This document shows positions 49,169 to 60,017 of a stretch of DNA of 64,000 nucleotides, in pieces. The number at the start of each line of letters is the position of its first letter. The stretch's first letter is position 1. The translations under genes were made by a program, and so were the position numbers. The notes beneath the pieces are model-generated. The model saw only the letters and a program-made list of their open reading frames with translations, was not told where the DNA came from and ran no database searches. The DNA comes from Nannocystis bainbridge. GTDB lineage: Bacteria; Myxococcota_A; Polyangia; Nannocystales; Nannocystaceae. The stretch lies in the NCBI RefSeq assembly GCF_028368995.1, contig NZ_JAQNDL010000001.1, positions 960,001 through 1,024,000 on the forward strand, written 5' to 3'.

Positions 49169-51169
49169 ATGCTTCGCACCTCGCCCGTCCGTCCCGTCGC
49201 CCCGTCCTACTTCGTCCTCCCCCAGCGCGCCCGCCTCGCGCGCTTGCTGCCCGCCGCGGTGGCCCTCCTGGGCGCGCTCCTCCCCGCCTGCGCCCCCGAG
49301 CCGACCATCGACGAGATCGTCAGCGACGGCGGCTACGCCAACAACCGCTTCCTCCGCGCGATCGCCAAGCCCGACGCGATCGAAGAGGAAGCCCCGCCCC
49401 AGGACCTCGAGAACAGCGGCGACGAGGCCGCCGGCACCGGCCAGCGGCACAAGGGCGAGGAGGGCAAGATGGGCAGGCCCACCTCGAAGAACAAGTCGGG
49501 CCTCTACGCGATGAAGGGCCCGAAGGACGCGATCCCGCAGATGGACGCCTGGGGCGGCCTGACGGGCACCGAGATCGGTGAAGCGTACGGCGTCGGCGGC
49601 CTCGGCCTGGTCGGCACCGGCCGCGGCGGCGGCGGCACCGGCGAGGGCACGATCGGCAGCGCCTACGCCGTCGGCAAAGACGACGACGCCGTGTGGGGCG
49701 GCCTCGTCGCCCACGACACCGCCGGCGCTCCGGGCGGCGATCGCTACGCGAAGGTGCAAGAGGCCGCGTGGACGCTGACCCACGCCGCGCCGCTTTCGAC
49801 CTTCTCGATCGACGTCGACACCGCCAGCTACAGCAACGTCCGCCGGTTCCTGAGCGACAACTACTTGCCGCCGCCCGACGCGGTCCGTGTCGAGGAGATG
49901 ATCAACTACTTCGACTACGCCTACCCCGCGCCCGACGGCGATCATCCGCTCGGCGTCGGCGCCGAGGTCGCTCCGTGTCCGTGGAAGAAGGGCCACCAGC
50001 TGGTGCGCGTGCACCTGCAGGCCAAGAAGATCGAGACCACCCAGGTGCCCGCGCGCAACCTCGTGTTCCTGGTCGACACCTCGGGCTCGATGAGCGACGA
50101 CGACAAGCTCGGCCTGGTCCGCAAGGGCCTGTCGCTGCTCACCGAGCAGCTGCGTCCCGAAGATCGCATCTCGCTCGTCACCTACGCCGGCGACACCCGC
50201 GTGGTCCTGCCGACCACTTCCGGCAGCGACAAGGCGACGATCTTGCGCGCCATCGATCGCCTCGGCGCCAACGGCGGGACCAACGGCGGCGCCGGCATCG
50301 CCCTCGCCTACGCCGAGGCTCACAAGCACTTCGTGAAGGGCGGCATCAACCGGATCCTGCTCGCCACCGACGGCGACTTCAACCTCGGCCTCACCGATCA
50401 CGACGACCTGATCAAGCTGATCGAGAAGGAGCGGCAGACCGGCGTGTTCCTGACCGTGCTGGGGGTCGGCCGCGGCAACTACAACGACCGGACGATGGAG
50501 CAGATCGCCGACCACGGCAACGGCAACTACGCCTACCTCGACTCCGAGAAGGAGGCGCGCAAGGTCCTGGTCGCCGAGGCGAGCGGCACGCTCGTCACCG
50601 TCGCCAAGGACGTCAAGCTGCAGGTCGAGTGGAACCCCAACCGCGTGGCCGGCTACCGCCTGATCGGCTACGAGAACCGCACCCTGACCGCCGAGCAGTT
50701 CAACGACGACAAGAAGGACGCCGGCGAGCTCGGCGCGGGCGACAGCGTCACCGCGCTGTACGAGGTCGTGCCCGCCGGCCGTCCGGTGCCCGGGGTCGCG
50801 GTCGACAACCTCAAGTACCAGCGCCCCGCCGGCCCCGCCGACGCCGAGCTGCTGACGATCAAGGTCCGCTACAAGCAGCCCGAGGGCGACAAGAGCACCA
50901 AGTTCGAGTCCCCCGTCCAGGACGCCCGCACCGAGTGGGCCGAGGCCTCGCCGCAGCTGCGCCTCGCCGCCGCCGTCGCCGCCTTCGGCCTCAAGCTGCG
51001 CGGCTCGCCGAGCCTCGACAACTTCGACCTCGCCGCCGCCCGCGCCTGGGCCCACTCGGCCGAGCTGCCCGACCCCGAGGGTCACCGCCGCGAGTTCGTC
51101 GCGCTGGTCGACAAGGCCCGCCAGCTGATGGACCGCGAGACCGTGCACAGCCGCAGCGCCCTGCCCTGA
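49169..51169 (+). CDS. YfbK-like VWA domain lipoprotein (vWF_A, VWA, DUF3520)
   Basis: PLSTFSIDVDTASY, VRVEEMINYF, FLVDTSGSM MIDAS, ATDGDFN, YRLIGYENR, DAGELGAG. Confidence 0.88.
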   Translation: MLRTSPVRPVAPSYFVLPQRARLARLLPAAVALLGALLPACAPEPTIDEIVSDGGYANNRFLRAIAKPDAIEEEAPPQDLENSGDEAAGTGQRHKGEEGKMGRPTSKNKSGLYAMKGPKDAIPQMDAWGGLTGTEIGEAYGVGGLGLVGTGRGGGGTGEGTIGSAYAVGKDDDAVWGGLVAHDTAGAPGGDRYAKVQEAAWTLTHAAPLSTFSIDVDTASYSNVRRFLSDNYLPPPDAVRVEEMINYFDYAYPAPDGDHPLGVGAEVAPCPWKKGHQLVRVHLQAKKIETTQVPARNLVFLVDTSGSMSDDDKLGLVRKGLSLLTEQLRPEDRISLVTYAGDTRVVLPTTSGSDKATILRAIDRLGANGGTNGGAGIALAYAEAHKHFVKGGINRILLATDGDFNLGLTDHDDLIKLIEKERQTGVFLTVLGVGRGNYNDRTMEQIADHGNGNYAYLDSEKEARKVLVAEASGTLVTVAKDVKLQVEWNPNRVAGYRLIGYENRTLTAEQFNDDKKDAGELGAGDSVTALYEVVPAGRPVPGVAVDNLKYQRPAGPADAELLTIKVRYKQPEGDKSTKFESPVQDARTEWAEASPQLRLAAAVAAFGLKLRGSPSLDNFDLAAARAWAHSAELPDPEGHRREFVALVDKARQLMDRETVHSRSALP

Positions 51170-51170
51170 A

Positions 51171-51223
51171 GGACATGCCGCCAGAGACATGAGCCTCGGG
51201 ACAGGCCCTTCGGGGCATGTCCC
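51171..51223. repeat. 14-bp-period palindrome array at a convergent junction
   Basis: Cores at 51174, 51188, 51202, 51216. Confidence 0.8.
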
Positions 51224-51232
51224 GAGGTTCAG

Positions 51233-52348
<1,116 letters not shown>

Positions 52349-52560
52349 TCAGCGCAGGTGCCGGTGGCGACGCAAGCCCTCGCGCGTCGCTCCGCCCCGC
52401 GGGTTGATTTCGAGCCTCGCTAATGCTCGCGCGCGGAGGCCCGTTTGCCGCGTCGAACCCCGTTCCTCGATGGCGCGCTCAAAACCCGCGAAGCGCCGGC
52501 GGAGGCTCCGTCGGGGATCGCGCAAGCCTGCGGCGCCTGCGCAGCGCGCCGGGCTGGCCC

Positions 52561-54006
52561 TCATCCCCCGACCTCCGCAAGTCCCGCCCGGATGTCCGCG
52601 AGCGCGAGGTCGATGCGGTCCCGGTGGGTGCGAAACGAGAGCACGCAGATCCGCAGCACGAAGCCGCCGCGCACCATCGTGCCCGTCAAGTACACGCGGC
52701 CGCGACGGTTGATCGCCGCCAACCACCGGCGGTTGTGCGCGTCGAGCTCGGGCCCCTCGCCGGCGCCCGCGGGCACGTGGCGAAACGCGAGCAGCGACAG
52801 CTGCGGCGGCGCGACCATCTCGACGCCCGGCAGCTCGCGCAGAGCCGCGGCGCACACCTCGGCGAGGTCGAGCTTCTCGTCGAGCGCCCGCGCGAACACC
52901 CGCGCCCCGAGCAGCTTGAGCGGTAGCCACACCCGCAGCCCGCGAAAGTCCCGCGACAGCTCGGGCGACAACTCGCAGTAGTCGACGAATTCGGGGTCTT
53001 CCTGCATCGGCGGCAAGTACTCGGCGGGCGAGCCGTGGGCCCGCCGCAGCGCCGCGGGGTCGCGGGCGAGCAGACAACCTGTCCCATAGGGCAGGAACAT
53101 TCCCTTGTGCGGATCGAGCGTGACCGAGTCGGCGCGCTCGATGCCGGCCAGCGCCGCCCGCCCGCGCCCGGTGAGGCAGAAGAACCCGCCGTACGCGGCG
53201 TCGACGTGCAACCACAGGCGCTCACGCGCGGCCAGCTCCGCCAGCGCGTCGAGGTCGTCGACCGCCCCGGTGTTGGTGGTGCCGGCGTGACCGACGATCA
53301 GGCACGGCCGCAAGCCTCGGGCCCGATCGGCGGCGATCGCCGCGGCCATCGCCGCCACGTCGACGCGAAACTGTCCGTCGACGCCGATCTCCCGCACCTG
53401 ATCGCGACGAAACCCGGCCAGCCGCGCGGCCCGCTGGACCGAGTGATGCGCCTGCTCCGAGGTGTAGATCACACCGTCGTCGAAGCGCTCGCCGAGCCGC
53501 TCGCTGCGGGCCGTCACCACCGCGGAGAAGGTCGCCAGCGATCCACCCGTGGTCAGAAACCCGCCGCTGCCCGCCGGCAAGCCGACGATCTCCGCCAGCC
53601 AGCGGACCGCGTTGGTCTCGAGCTGCACCAGCCCCGGCGCCGCCTGCCACACCCCGACGTAGCGGTTGGTCGCGTCGGCGATCAAGTCGGCCACGGCCGC
53701 CAGGAACAGCCCGCCGCCGGGGACATAGGCCAGGTAGCCCGGGCCCGCGGTGTTGAAGCTGCACGGGACTGCCCGATCGAACAGGACCCCGAGGACATGT
53801 TCAAAAGGGCTGCCGCTCTCCGGCAGCCCCTCGCGCAGCTCGCGGGCCAGCGCCGCCCCGCCCTCGACGTCGCAGGCGAGCATGCCGGGCAACGCCTCGA
53901 TGTGCGCCCCGATCCGCGCCATCGCGGCGGCCACCAGCGCCTGCATCGCCGCCGCGTCGGGTTCGAGCTCGGGCGTCGGAGAGTCGGGCGGGGGCGTCGC
54001 GCGCAC
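52561..54006 (-). CDS. Group II PLP-dependent (aromatic amino acid) decarboxylase
   Basis: TGGSLA, AHHSV, AGTTNTGAVD, HVDAAYGG, DPHK (PLP Lys), ELSRDFRGL; 14-bp cores at 53768/53782/53796. Confidence 0.9.
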   Translation of the reverse strand: MRATPPPDSPTPELEPDAAAMQALVAAAMARIGAHIEALPGMLACDVEGGAALARELREGLPESGSPFEHVLGVLFDRAVPCSFNTAGPGYLAYVPGGGLFLAAVADLIADATNRYVGVWQAAPGLVQLETNAVRWLAEIVGLPAGSGGFLTTGGSLATFSAVVTARSERLGERFDDGVIYTSEQAHHSVQRAARLAGFRRDQVREIGVDGQFRVDVAAMAAAIAADRARGLRPCLIVGHAGTTNTGAVDDLDALAELAARERLWLHVDAAYGGFFCLTGRGRAALAGIERADSVTLDPHKGMFLPYGTGCLLARDPAALRRAHGSPAEYLPPMQEDPEFVDYCELSPELSRDFRGLRVWLPLKLLGARVFARALDEKLDLAEVCAAALRELPGVEMVAPPQLSLLAFRHVPAGAGEGPELDAHNRRWLAAINRRGRVYLTGTMVRGGFVLRICVLSFRTHRDRIDLALADIRAGLAEVGG

Positions 54007-54207
54007 GCCACGGACGTACGCCAAGCGCCGCCAAAACACCAGCGCCGCCGGCGACGCCACGAGCCGAGCCCGCCGCCTGCCTGTCCCTTCGGCCATGCTC
54101 ACCGGCCGCCGTCGCCGCCCGGGCCGCGGGCCCCGTCGTCGTGACGCGCCGCGTCGCCCGTGAGATCGCGTAGCCCGGCCGCCGCCGTCTTCCTCTATCC
54201 TTCGCCC

Positions 54208-54876
54208 GTGTCCGAACCTCCTCCGCGGCGCGAAGTCGTGCACGGCGACGCTGTCGCCTGGCTCGCCGAACGACCTGACCAAAAAGACAGCTCGGTGCTC
54301 GCCACCATCCCGGACGTGAGCGAGATCGGCGTCAGCATGGAGCGCTGGCGCGAGTTCTTCCTCGGCGCCGCGCGGGCGGCCCTGCTGGCCACCCCCGCCG
54401 ACGGGCTCACCGTGTTCATGCAGACCGACATCAAGCACGAGGGCCGGTGGGTCTCGAAGGCCGGCATGGTCCTGCGGGTCGCCGACGAGCTCGAGGTCCC
54501 GCTGTTGTTCCACAAGATCGTCTGCCGCCGCCCGCCCGGCAGCCTCATGCACGGCCGGCCCGGCTACTCGCACATCCTCGCGTTCTCTCGCCTGGCCCGC
54601 GACGACAGGGCCTACCCGACGCCCGACGTCCTGCCCGACCTCGGGGTGATGCCGTGGAGTCACAGCATCGGCACGCGCGCCGCCGAGACCGCCGTCACCG
54701 CGGTGCGCCGGCTGGCCCCCGCCTCCACCCGCATCGTCGTCCCGTTCTGCGGCATCGGCACGATCCTCGCCGTCGCCAACGCTCACGGCTTCACCGTCGT
54801 CGGCATCGAGCGCAACCGCAAGCGCGCCGAGGCGGCCCGCACCTTCGAGCTCGATCCGACCCCCGCGGCGACGTGA
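54208..54876 (+). CDS. SAM-dependent methyltransferase with DNA amino-MTase-like layout and atypical catalytic motif
   Basis: N-terminal HGDA..WL; TIPD in place of (D/S)PPY; C-terminal PFCGIGT..GIE. Confidence 0.7.
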   Translation: MSEPPPRREVVHGDAVAWLAERPDQKDSSVLATIPDVSEIGVSMERWREFFLGAARAALLATPADGLTVFMQTDIKHEGRWVSKAGMVLRVADELEVPLLFHKIVCRRPPGSLMHGRPGYSHILAFSRLARDDRAYPTPDVLPDLGVMPWSHSIGTRAAETAVTAVRRLAPASTRIVVPFCGIGTILAVANAHGFTVVGIERNRKRAEAARTFELDPTPAAT

Positions 54877-54888
54877 ACGCGCTCTCGG

Positions 54889-54955
54889 GGACATGTCCCC
54901 GTGGACATGTCCCTGTGGACATGCCCCGGTGGGCATGTCCGAAGAAACATCTCCT
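54889..54955. repeat. Best-conserved 14-bp tandem palindrome array, at a convergent junction
   Basis: GGACA TGTCCCCGTGGACA TGTCCCTGTGGACA TGCCCCGGTGGGCA TGTCCGAAGAAACA; cores 54892-54948. Confidence 0.9.
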
Positions 54956-54965
54956 CGAACCGCCG

Positions 54966-55769
54966 CTACTCGGGGTCGCGGAACACCGCGGCGCGCCGGC
55001 CGAGCACCGCCTGCACGGCCTCCAGCTGGTTCGCGCTGCCGAGCAGCGGCAGCTGCAGCTCGGTCTCACGGCGGAACGCGGCGGCCGTGTCGAGCTCGGG
55101 GGCCTCGTTGCACAGCGCCTTGGCGGCGCGCACGGCCTCCGGCGACTGCCCCGCGATCGTGCGCGCCAGCTCGCGGGCAGCGGCCAGCGGGTCGACCTCG
55201 ACGCGGGTGACGAGCCCGAGCCGGCCGGCCTCCTCGCCGGAAACGCTGCGGGCGGTGTAGATCAGCTCGCGCGCGATGTCGGGGCGGACCAGCCGCAGCA
55301 GCGTCTTCGACGCGCTCATGTCGGGGATGAGGCCGTAGCGCAGCTCCATCACCGCCAGTTGGGCGTCGGGCGCGGCGATCCGGAGGTCGCAGGCGAGCGC
55401 GAGCTGCAGGCCGCCGCCGACCGCGGCGCCGTGGATCGCGGCGATCACCGGCACGGGCACCTCGGACCAGATCCAGCACGCGAGCTGGGCCAGGTTGGCG
55501 GGCGAGCCGGCGTCGCGCGCGAGCAGTTTTTGCCCGATCTCCGGCGCCGCCAAAAAGGCCCCCCAGTCGAGCCCGGCGCAGAACGCCTTGCCCTCGCCGT
55601 GCAGCACCACCGCGCGCACGCGCCGATCGGCGGCGACCTGTCGTCCCGCGGCGATCAGCGCCTCGAACATCGCCAGGTCGAGGCCGTTGCGCTTGTCGGC
55701 GCGATTGAGGCGGACTTCGGCGACTCCGGCGTCGACGGACACGATCACGCGCGGCGGGCTCTCGCTCAT
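54966..55769 (-). CDS. Enoyl-CoA hydratase/isomerase
   Basis: LNRADKRNG, FCAGLD, GGGLQLALACD, YGLIPDM. Confidence 0.92.
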   Translation of the reverse strand: MSESPPRVIVSVDAGVAEVRLNRADKRNGLDLAMFEALIAAGRQVAADRRVRAVVLHGEGKAFCAGLDWGAFLAAPEIGQKLLARDAGSPANLAQLACWIWSEVPVPVIAAIHGAAVGGGLQLALACDLRIAAPDAQLAVMELRYGLIPDMSASKTLLRLVRPDIARELIYTARSVSGEEAGRLGLVTRVEVDPLAAARELARTIAGQSPEAVRAAKALCNEAPELDTAAAFRRETELQLPLLGSANQLEAVQAVLGRRAAVFRDPE

Positions 55770-56566
55770 GCGCGCGAGTGTAGCCGATCGCGCGCGAGCC
55801 AGCGGAACACGATCACGTGGCCGGCGAGCGCCGCCCCGACGCAGAACGGCGCGATCCACCCGTACGGAAAGTGGAACACCAGCAGCACCGCCGGCTCGTC
55901 GGTGAACACGCGGAACGGCACCGGCGACGACAGCACCGCGATCGCGCCGACGTTGACGAGCAACGCGGTGCCGAGCAGGTTGAAGGCCCACACCAGCGGG
56001 CGCGAGGGCCCGCGCCGCCACAGCCACAGCCCCGCGAGCACCGCGGCCACGCCGGTGACGATGTCGAGGTTGCAGGCCTCGTAGGTCATCTGGATCGGCA
56101 CGGTGCCCTGGCGGTACCAGCTGTGCAGCACCAGCTCGAGCGGCAGGCGAAACGCCTGAAACCCGACCAGCGCGGCGATCGGCAGCCCGTCCGCGAGGCG
56201 GGCCCCGGGCCGCGTCAGCGCGAACCCGAGAGCGACCCCCAGCGAGCCGGCGAAGAAGAACAGCGCCCGCGGCGGCAGAGTGTCGGCCGCGAGCACCCCC
56301 GACGCCGACACCAGCCCCGTGATCACCAGCCATGCGATCGCCCCGAGCGCAGTGCCGAGGGTCCACCGCCGCACCCGCGCCGGCGACTCGCCCAGCCGCT
56401 GCCCGGCCCGCGCGGTGGCGACGACCAGCGCGCCGACGACGGCGGCGACGATGACGACGAAGGCCGCGGTGCTGACCGCGCTGGGGATGTGCATCGACGG
56501 GACCGGCACGGCGTCGCCGAGCGTAGCAAGGAATCCTCTGAAATCGGGGCGATCGGGCATGTCCAT
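55766..56566 (-). CDS. Integral membrane protein
   Basis: About 7 TM; FQAFRLPLE, NLDIVTG, FPYGWI; start uncertain. Confidence 0.75.
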   Translation of the reverse strand: MDMPDRPDFRGFLATLGDAVPVPSMHIPSAVSTAAFVVIVAAVVGALVVATARAGQRLGESPARVRRWTLGTALGAIAWLVITGLVSASGVLAADTLPPRALFFFAGSLGVALGFALTRPGARLADGLPIAALVGFQAFRLPLELVLHSWYRQGTVPIQMTYEACNLDIVTGVAAVLAGLWLWRRGPSRPLVWAFNLLGTALLVNVGAIAVLSSPVPFRVFTDEPAVLLVFHFPYGWIAPFCVGAALAGHVIVFRWLARDRLHSRA

Positions 56567-56672
56567 GATGTCTCGTCACGCATGTCCCGCTCGCCATACG
56601 CCCTCGATCCGCCCAGGCCGCGACATGTCCATTCGGACATGTCCTGATCGCCATGCGCCCCGCGAGCCATGC
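56555..56672. repeat. 14-bp-period palindrome array in a divergent promoter region
   Basis: Cores at 56567/56581/56595 and 56624/56638/56652. Confidence 0.7.
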
Positions 56673-56831
56673 ACCGCCTCGGCTCGCTCTCGCAGCTGTT
56701 CCCGCCCACCGGCGAGCGGCCCGCGCCGCCTGCGCGAACCCGCCCCCGCGCCCTCTTGAACGCCCTTCCCGTCCCTCTCGGCTCCGCGCGCTCGCCCCTG
56801 CGTCCGGGCCGGTCTATCGTCTCCTGGGAGC

Positions 56832-59045
56832 ATGCCGGCCGTCCGAGTCCACGACGCCTCGCCCGACGACGACCTGTTCGCCTACCTCGCGCGCACCGGC
56901 GGCGACGACGTTCGCCGGGCCCAGCTGATCGGCGCTGCCAACGCCTTCAAGGAGGGTGACGCCGCGCTCGGCCTCGCCGCGGCCGACATGTCCTCGCGGA
57001 CAGCCGCGCGCCGGCTCCTCGCCGCCACCGCCGTCGGCCGGCTCGCCGCCGCCCCGCTGTTCCGCGACGGGCTCCACGACGCCCTCGCCGCCGCCCTCGA
57101 CCCACGCGCCGCGGCCCACGTCTCGACCTGGTCTTTGGGCCAGCTCAAGACCTTCGTGCTGACCGCCGACGAGGCCGAGGTCAACCAGCTGCTGCCCGGC
57201 CTCGCCAGCGACGTCGTCGCCTGCCTGGTCAAGATCATGAGCGACGCCGAGCTCGTCGCTCTCGGCGCGCGGCTGTTCCACCCGCTGCCCGGCAGCCGGC
57301 TCGGCGCGCGCGGCTACCTCGGCGCACGGATCCAGCCCAACAGCCCGACCGACCACCCCGACGACATCCGCTGGCAAGTGCTGGCCGGCTGGTCCTACGC
57401 CGTCGGCGACGTCGTGCTCGGCACCAACCCCGTGTCGTCCGACCCGCGCTCGGTGGCCGCGGTCGAGGCTGTCCTTTGGGACATCCTGGTCGATTTCGGC
57501 CTGCAGGACACCCTGCCCCACTGCGTGCTCGCCCACATCGAGGTCCAGGCCGCGGTCGAGCGCGCCGCCCCCGGCACCACCGGGATCTGGTTCCAGAGCA
57601 TCGCCGGCTCCGACGCCGCCAACGCCACCTTCGGCCTCGACCTCGAGGGTCTGCGCCGCCACGCTCGCGGCCGCACCGGTCGCTGGGGCCTGTACTTCGA
57701 GACAGGTCAGGGCGCCGACTTCACCAACGGCCACGGCCGCGGCGTCGACATGGTCGTCCACGAGGCCCGCAAGTACGGCCTCGCCCGCCTGCTGCGGGCC
57801 GACGTCGCCGACGCTCGCCGCCGCCTCGGCCTCTACCCGGAGCCGTGGGTCCACGTCAACGACGTCGCCGGCTTCATCGGCCCCGAGGTGTTCCGCACCC
57901 GCGACCAGCTGGTGCGCTGCTGCCTCGAGGACATCGCCATGGCCAAGCTGCACGGCCTGATGATCGGCCTCGACGTGTGCGCCACCCTGCACATGGACAT
58001 CGGCCTCGACGACCTCGACTGGTGCCTCGAGCGGATCGCCCCGGCCTGCCCGGGCTACCTCATGGCCCTGCCGACCAAGAGCGACCCGATGCTCGGCTAC
58101 CTCACCACCGCCTTTCAGGACCACGTGCGCCTGCGCGAGCGGTTCGGCACCCGCGTCGACGATCGCATGTGGGAGTTCTTCCGCGACCGCCTCGGCGTCG
58201 TCGATGCGCGCGGCCGGCCGACCGCGCGCTTCGGCGATCCGGTGTGGGTCCACCTCCAGCTGTGCCGCGCCCGCGGCGACGTCCGCCCGGACGACGTCAT
58301 CGCCGGCGAGGGTCGGGCCGCGCTCGCGGCCGTGCGCGCCCGCGGCGTGGCGATCGGCGAGGGCCACGGCGACCGCCCCTGGGACCTCCCGCCTGCCCTC
58401 GACGCCGAAGTCCGCGGCCTCTGCGACGACGCCAAGCACAGCCTGCGCGCCGAGTGGCGCGCCGAGTTCGTCAGCAAGATCCCCGGCGCCCGGCGCCTCG
58501 CCACCTGCGCCGGCGACCGCGACGAATACATCCTCCACCCGCCCACCGGCGAGGCGCTGAGCCCCGCCGCGCTCACCGAATTACATGTCCTTAAGGACAG
58601 CTACGCCGGCCGCTTCGACACCGTCCTGGTCGTGTCCGACGGCCTCAACGCCCGCGCGCTGATGGACGACGAGCACCTGTTCCCGTTCCTCGATGTCCTG
58701 GTCCCCGAGCTGCGCGCCGCCGGCTTCGCGCCCGCGCCCGACGTGTTCGTGCTCGCCGGCGGCCGCGTCCGCGCCGGCTACGCCCTCGGCGCGGCCCTGT
58801 TCGCCGATCTGCCCGGCCCGCGGCGCCTCGTCCACGTCATCGGCGAGCGCCCCGGCACCATGCACCACGCCTTCTCCGTCTACCTCAGCGCCGCCGACGG
58901 CCTGGCCTGGGCCCGGCCGCGCGGCGTCGACCACCACCTCACCCGCGTGATCTCCGGCGTCGCCGACACCGCCTATCTACCGGCCCGGGCCGCGCGCGAG
59001 GCCGTCGCCATCCTCCAGGACATGCCCTCGAGGACATGCCCCTGA
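56832..59045 (+). CDS. eutB: Ethanolamine ammonia-lyase, EutB-EutC fusion
   Basis: ANAFKEGD, RIQPNSPTD, GTNPV, CVLAH, FQSIAG, YFETGQG, GFIGPE, CLED (EutB); then YILHP..GE.L, VSDGL, GRV, IGERPG (EutC). Confidence 0.85.
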   Translation: MPAVRVHDASPDDDLFAYLARTGGDDVRRAQLIGAANAFKEGDAALGLAAADMSSRTAARRLLAATAVGRLAAAPLFRDGLHDALAAALDPRAAAHVSTWSLGQLKTFVLTADEAEVNQLLPGLASDVVACLVKIMSDAELVALGARLFHPLPGSRLGARGYLGARIQPNSPTDHPDDIRWQVLAGWSYAVGDVVLGTNPVSSDPRSVAAVEAVLWDILVDFGLQDTLPHCVLAHIEVQAAVERAAPGTTGIWFQSIAGSDAANATFGLDLEGLRRHARGRTGRWGLYFETGQGADFTNGHGRGVDMVVHEARKYGLARLLRADVADARRRLGLYPEPWVHVNDVAGFIGPEVFRTRDQLVRCCLEDIAMAKLHGLMIGLDVCATLHMDIGLDDLDWCLERIAPACPGYLMALPTKSDPMLGYLTTAFQDHVRLRERFGTRVDDRMWEFFRDRLGVVDARGRPTARFGDPVWVHLQLCRARGDVRPDDVIAGEGRAALAAVRARGVAIGEGHGDRPWDLPPALDAEVRGLCDDAKHSLRAEWRAEFVSKIPGARRLATCAGDRDEYILHPPTGEALSPAALTELHVLKDSYAGRFDTVLVVSDGLNARALMDDEHLFPFLDVLVPELRAAGFAPAPDVFVLAGGRVRAGYALGAALFADLPGPRRLVHVIGERPGTMHHAFSVYLSAADGLAWARPRGVDHHLTRVISGVADTAYLPARAAREAVAILQDMPSRTCP

Positions 59046-59082
59046 GACCATGCCCCCGGGGACATGTCCCCCGGGCCATCAC
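59018..59082. repeat. 14-bp-period palindrome array overlapping the eutBC stop, at a convergent junction
   Basis: Cores at 59021, 59035, 59049, 59063, 59077. Confidence 0.85.
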
Positions 59083-59462
59083 CGGCCGAACATCGGCAAG
59101 CCGAGCAGCACGAACGCCATCGACGCGGTCAGCAGCAGCAGCAGCACCGCCTTGATGACGAACACCAGGCACAGCGCCCGCAGCCCGCGGACCAGCGCGG
59201 CGACGGTGCCGGCGCGCGCGACCTGGAAGAACACGACGCCGCCGACGAGCAAGCCGAGGCCGAGCGCGACCTCGACGGCGGCGAACACGGCCGCGCCGAC
59301 CAGCGGCCACGCCTGCACCACCGCCAGGATCGGCAGCAGATCGAGCAGCGCGGCCACGCCGCTCCACAGCTCGAGCAGGCCGATCGGCAGCATCAGGAGG
59401 CCGCAGCCGCGGATCGTCGCCCGCTGAGGGTCCGTGAAGGGGATCGTTCGCGCGTCGCTCAT
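59079..59462 (-). CDS. Small membrane protein
   Basis: GGAGG RBS; three hydrophobic helices. Confidence 0.65.
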   Translation of the reverse strand: MSDARTIPFTDPQRATIRGCGLLMLPIGLLELWSGVAALLDLLPILAVVQAWPLVGAAVFAAVEVALGLGLLVGGVVFFQVARAGTVAALVRGLRALCLVFVIKAVLLLLLTASMAFVLLGLPMFGR

Positions 59463-59472
59463 ACAACCTCCG

Positions 59473-59865
59473 TCACAGCAGCTTCCGCACCACCGGCCAC
59501 AGCGCCAGGATCAGCTCGACGATGAACACCACGCGCAGGCGACGAAACGCCGACGCGAGGTACTCCTGGTCGTCCTCGTCGGAGCCCGCGACCTTGCCGA
59601 TCGCCTCGCCCGCCTCGCGCAGCAGCATCCCCTGCCACACCGGCAGCGCGACGTAGATCACCCCCAACAACGCGACGAGCAGCAGGATCGGATGGGCCCC
59701 GCTCTGCACGACGAGGAGGAGCGCGAGCACCACGCCGATCCCGCCCAGCAACATCTGCAGCAGCCCGACGAGCCCCATCGCCGTGGCCAGCCGCTCCAGG
59801 CCGCGCTCCTCGGCCTCGTCGAACTCGACGCGCGCCACCCCGATCGGCTCGTCGGCATCATCCAT
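59473..59865 (-). CDS. Small membrane protein, probable paralogue of its neighbour
   Basis: EFDEAEERGLERLATAMGLVG...; three TM; same layout as downstream gene. Confidence 0.65.
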   Translation of the reverse strand: MDDADEPIGVARVEFDEAEERGLERLATAMGLVGLLQMLLGGIGVVLALLLVVQSGAHPILLLVALLGVIYVALPVWQGMLLREAGEAIGKVAGSDEDDQEYLASAFRRLRVVFIVELILALWPVVRKLL

Positions 59866-59917
59866 CCCGCCGAGGCTAGCGGACCGCCGGGCGGCCGACA
59901 ACGCTCGCCCACGCGCG

Positions 59918-59952
59918 CTACATGTCCTTCAAAACATGTCCTGCGGACATCC
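59918..59952. repeat. 14-bp palindromic units
   Basis: ACATGTCCTTCAAAACATGTCCTGCGGACAT. Confidence 0.7.
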
Positions 59953-60017
59953 ATTCGCGGCGCCTGCCCGCGACGCCGCGGCCTACGCTGTTCAACGCCG
60001 GTTCGCGCGGGACCGGC

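Noticed and set aside
54889-54926. GGACATGTCC equals the eukaryotic p53 half-site consensus
   Set aside because: Context is clearly bacterial; treated as coincidence.
54889-54955. Arrays as CRISPR or mini-CRISPR
   Set aside because: Variable part is only 4 nt, units are degenerate, and no cas genes are present.
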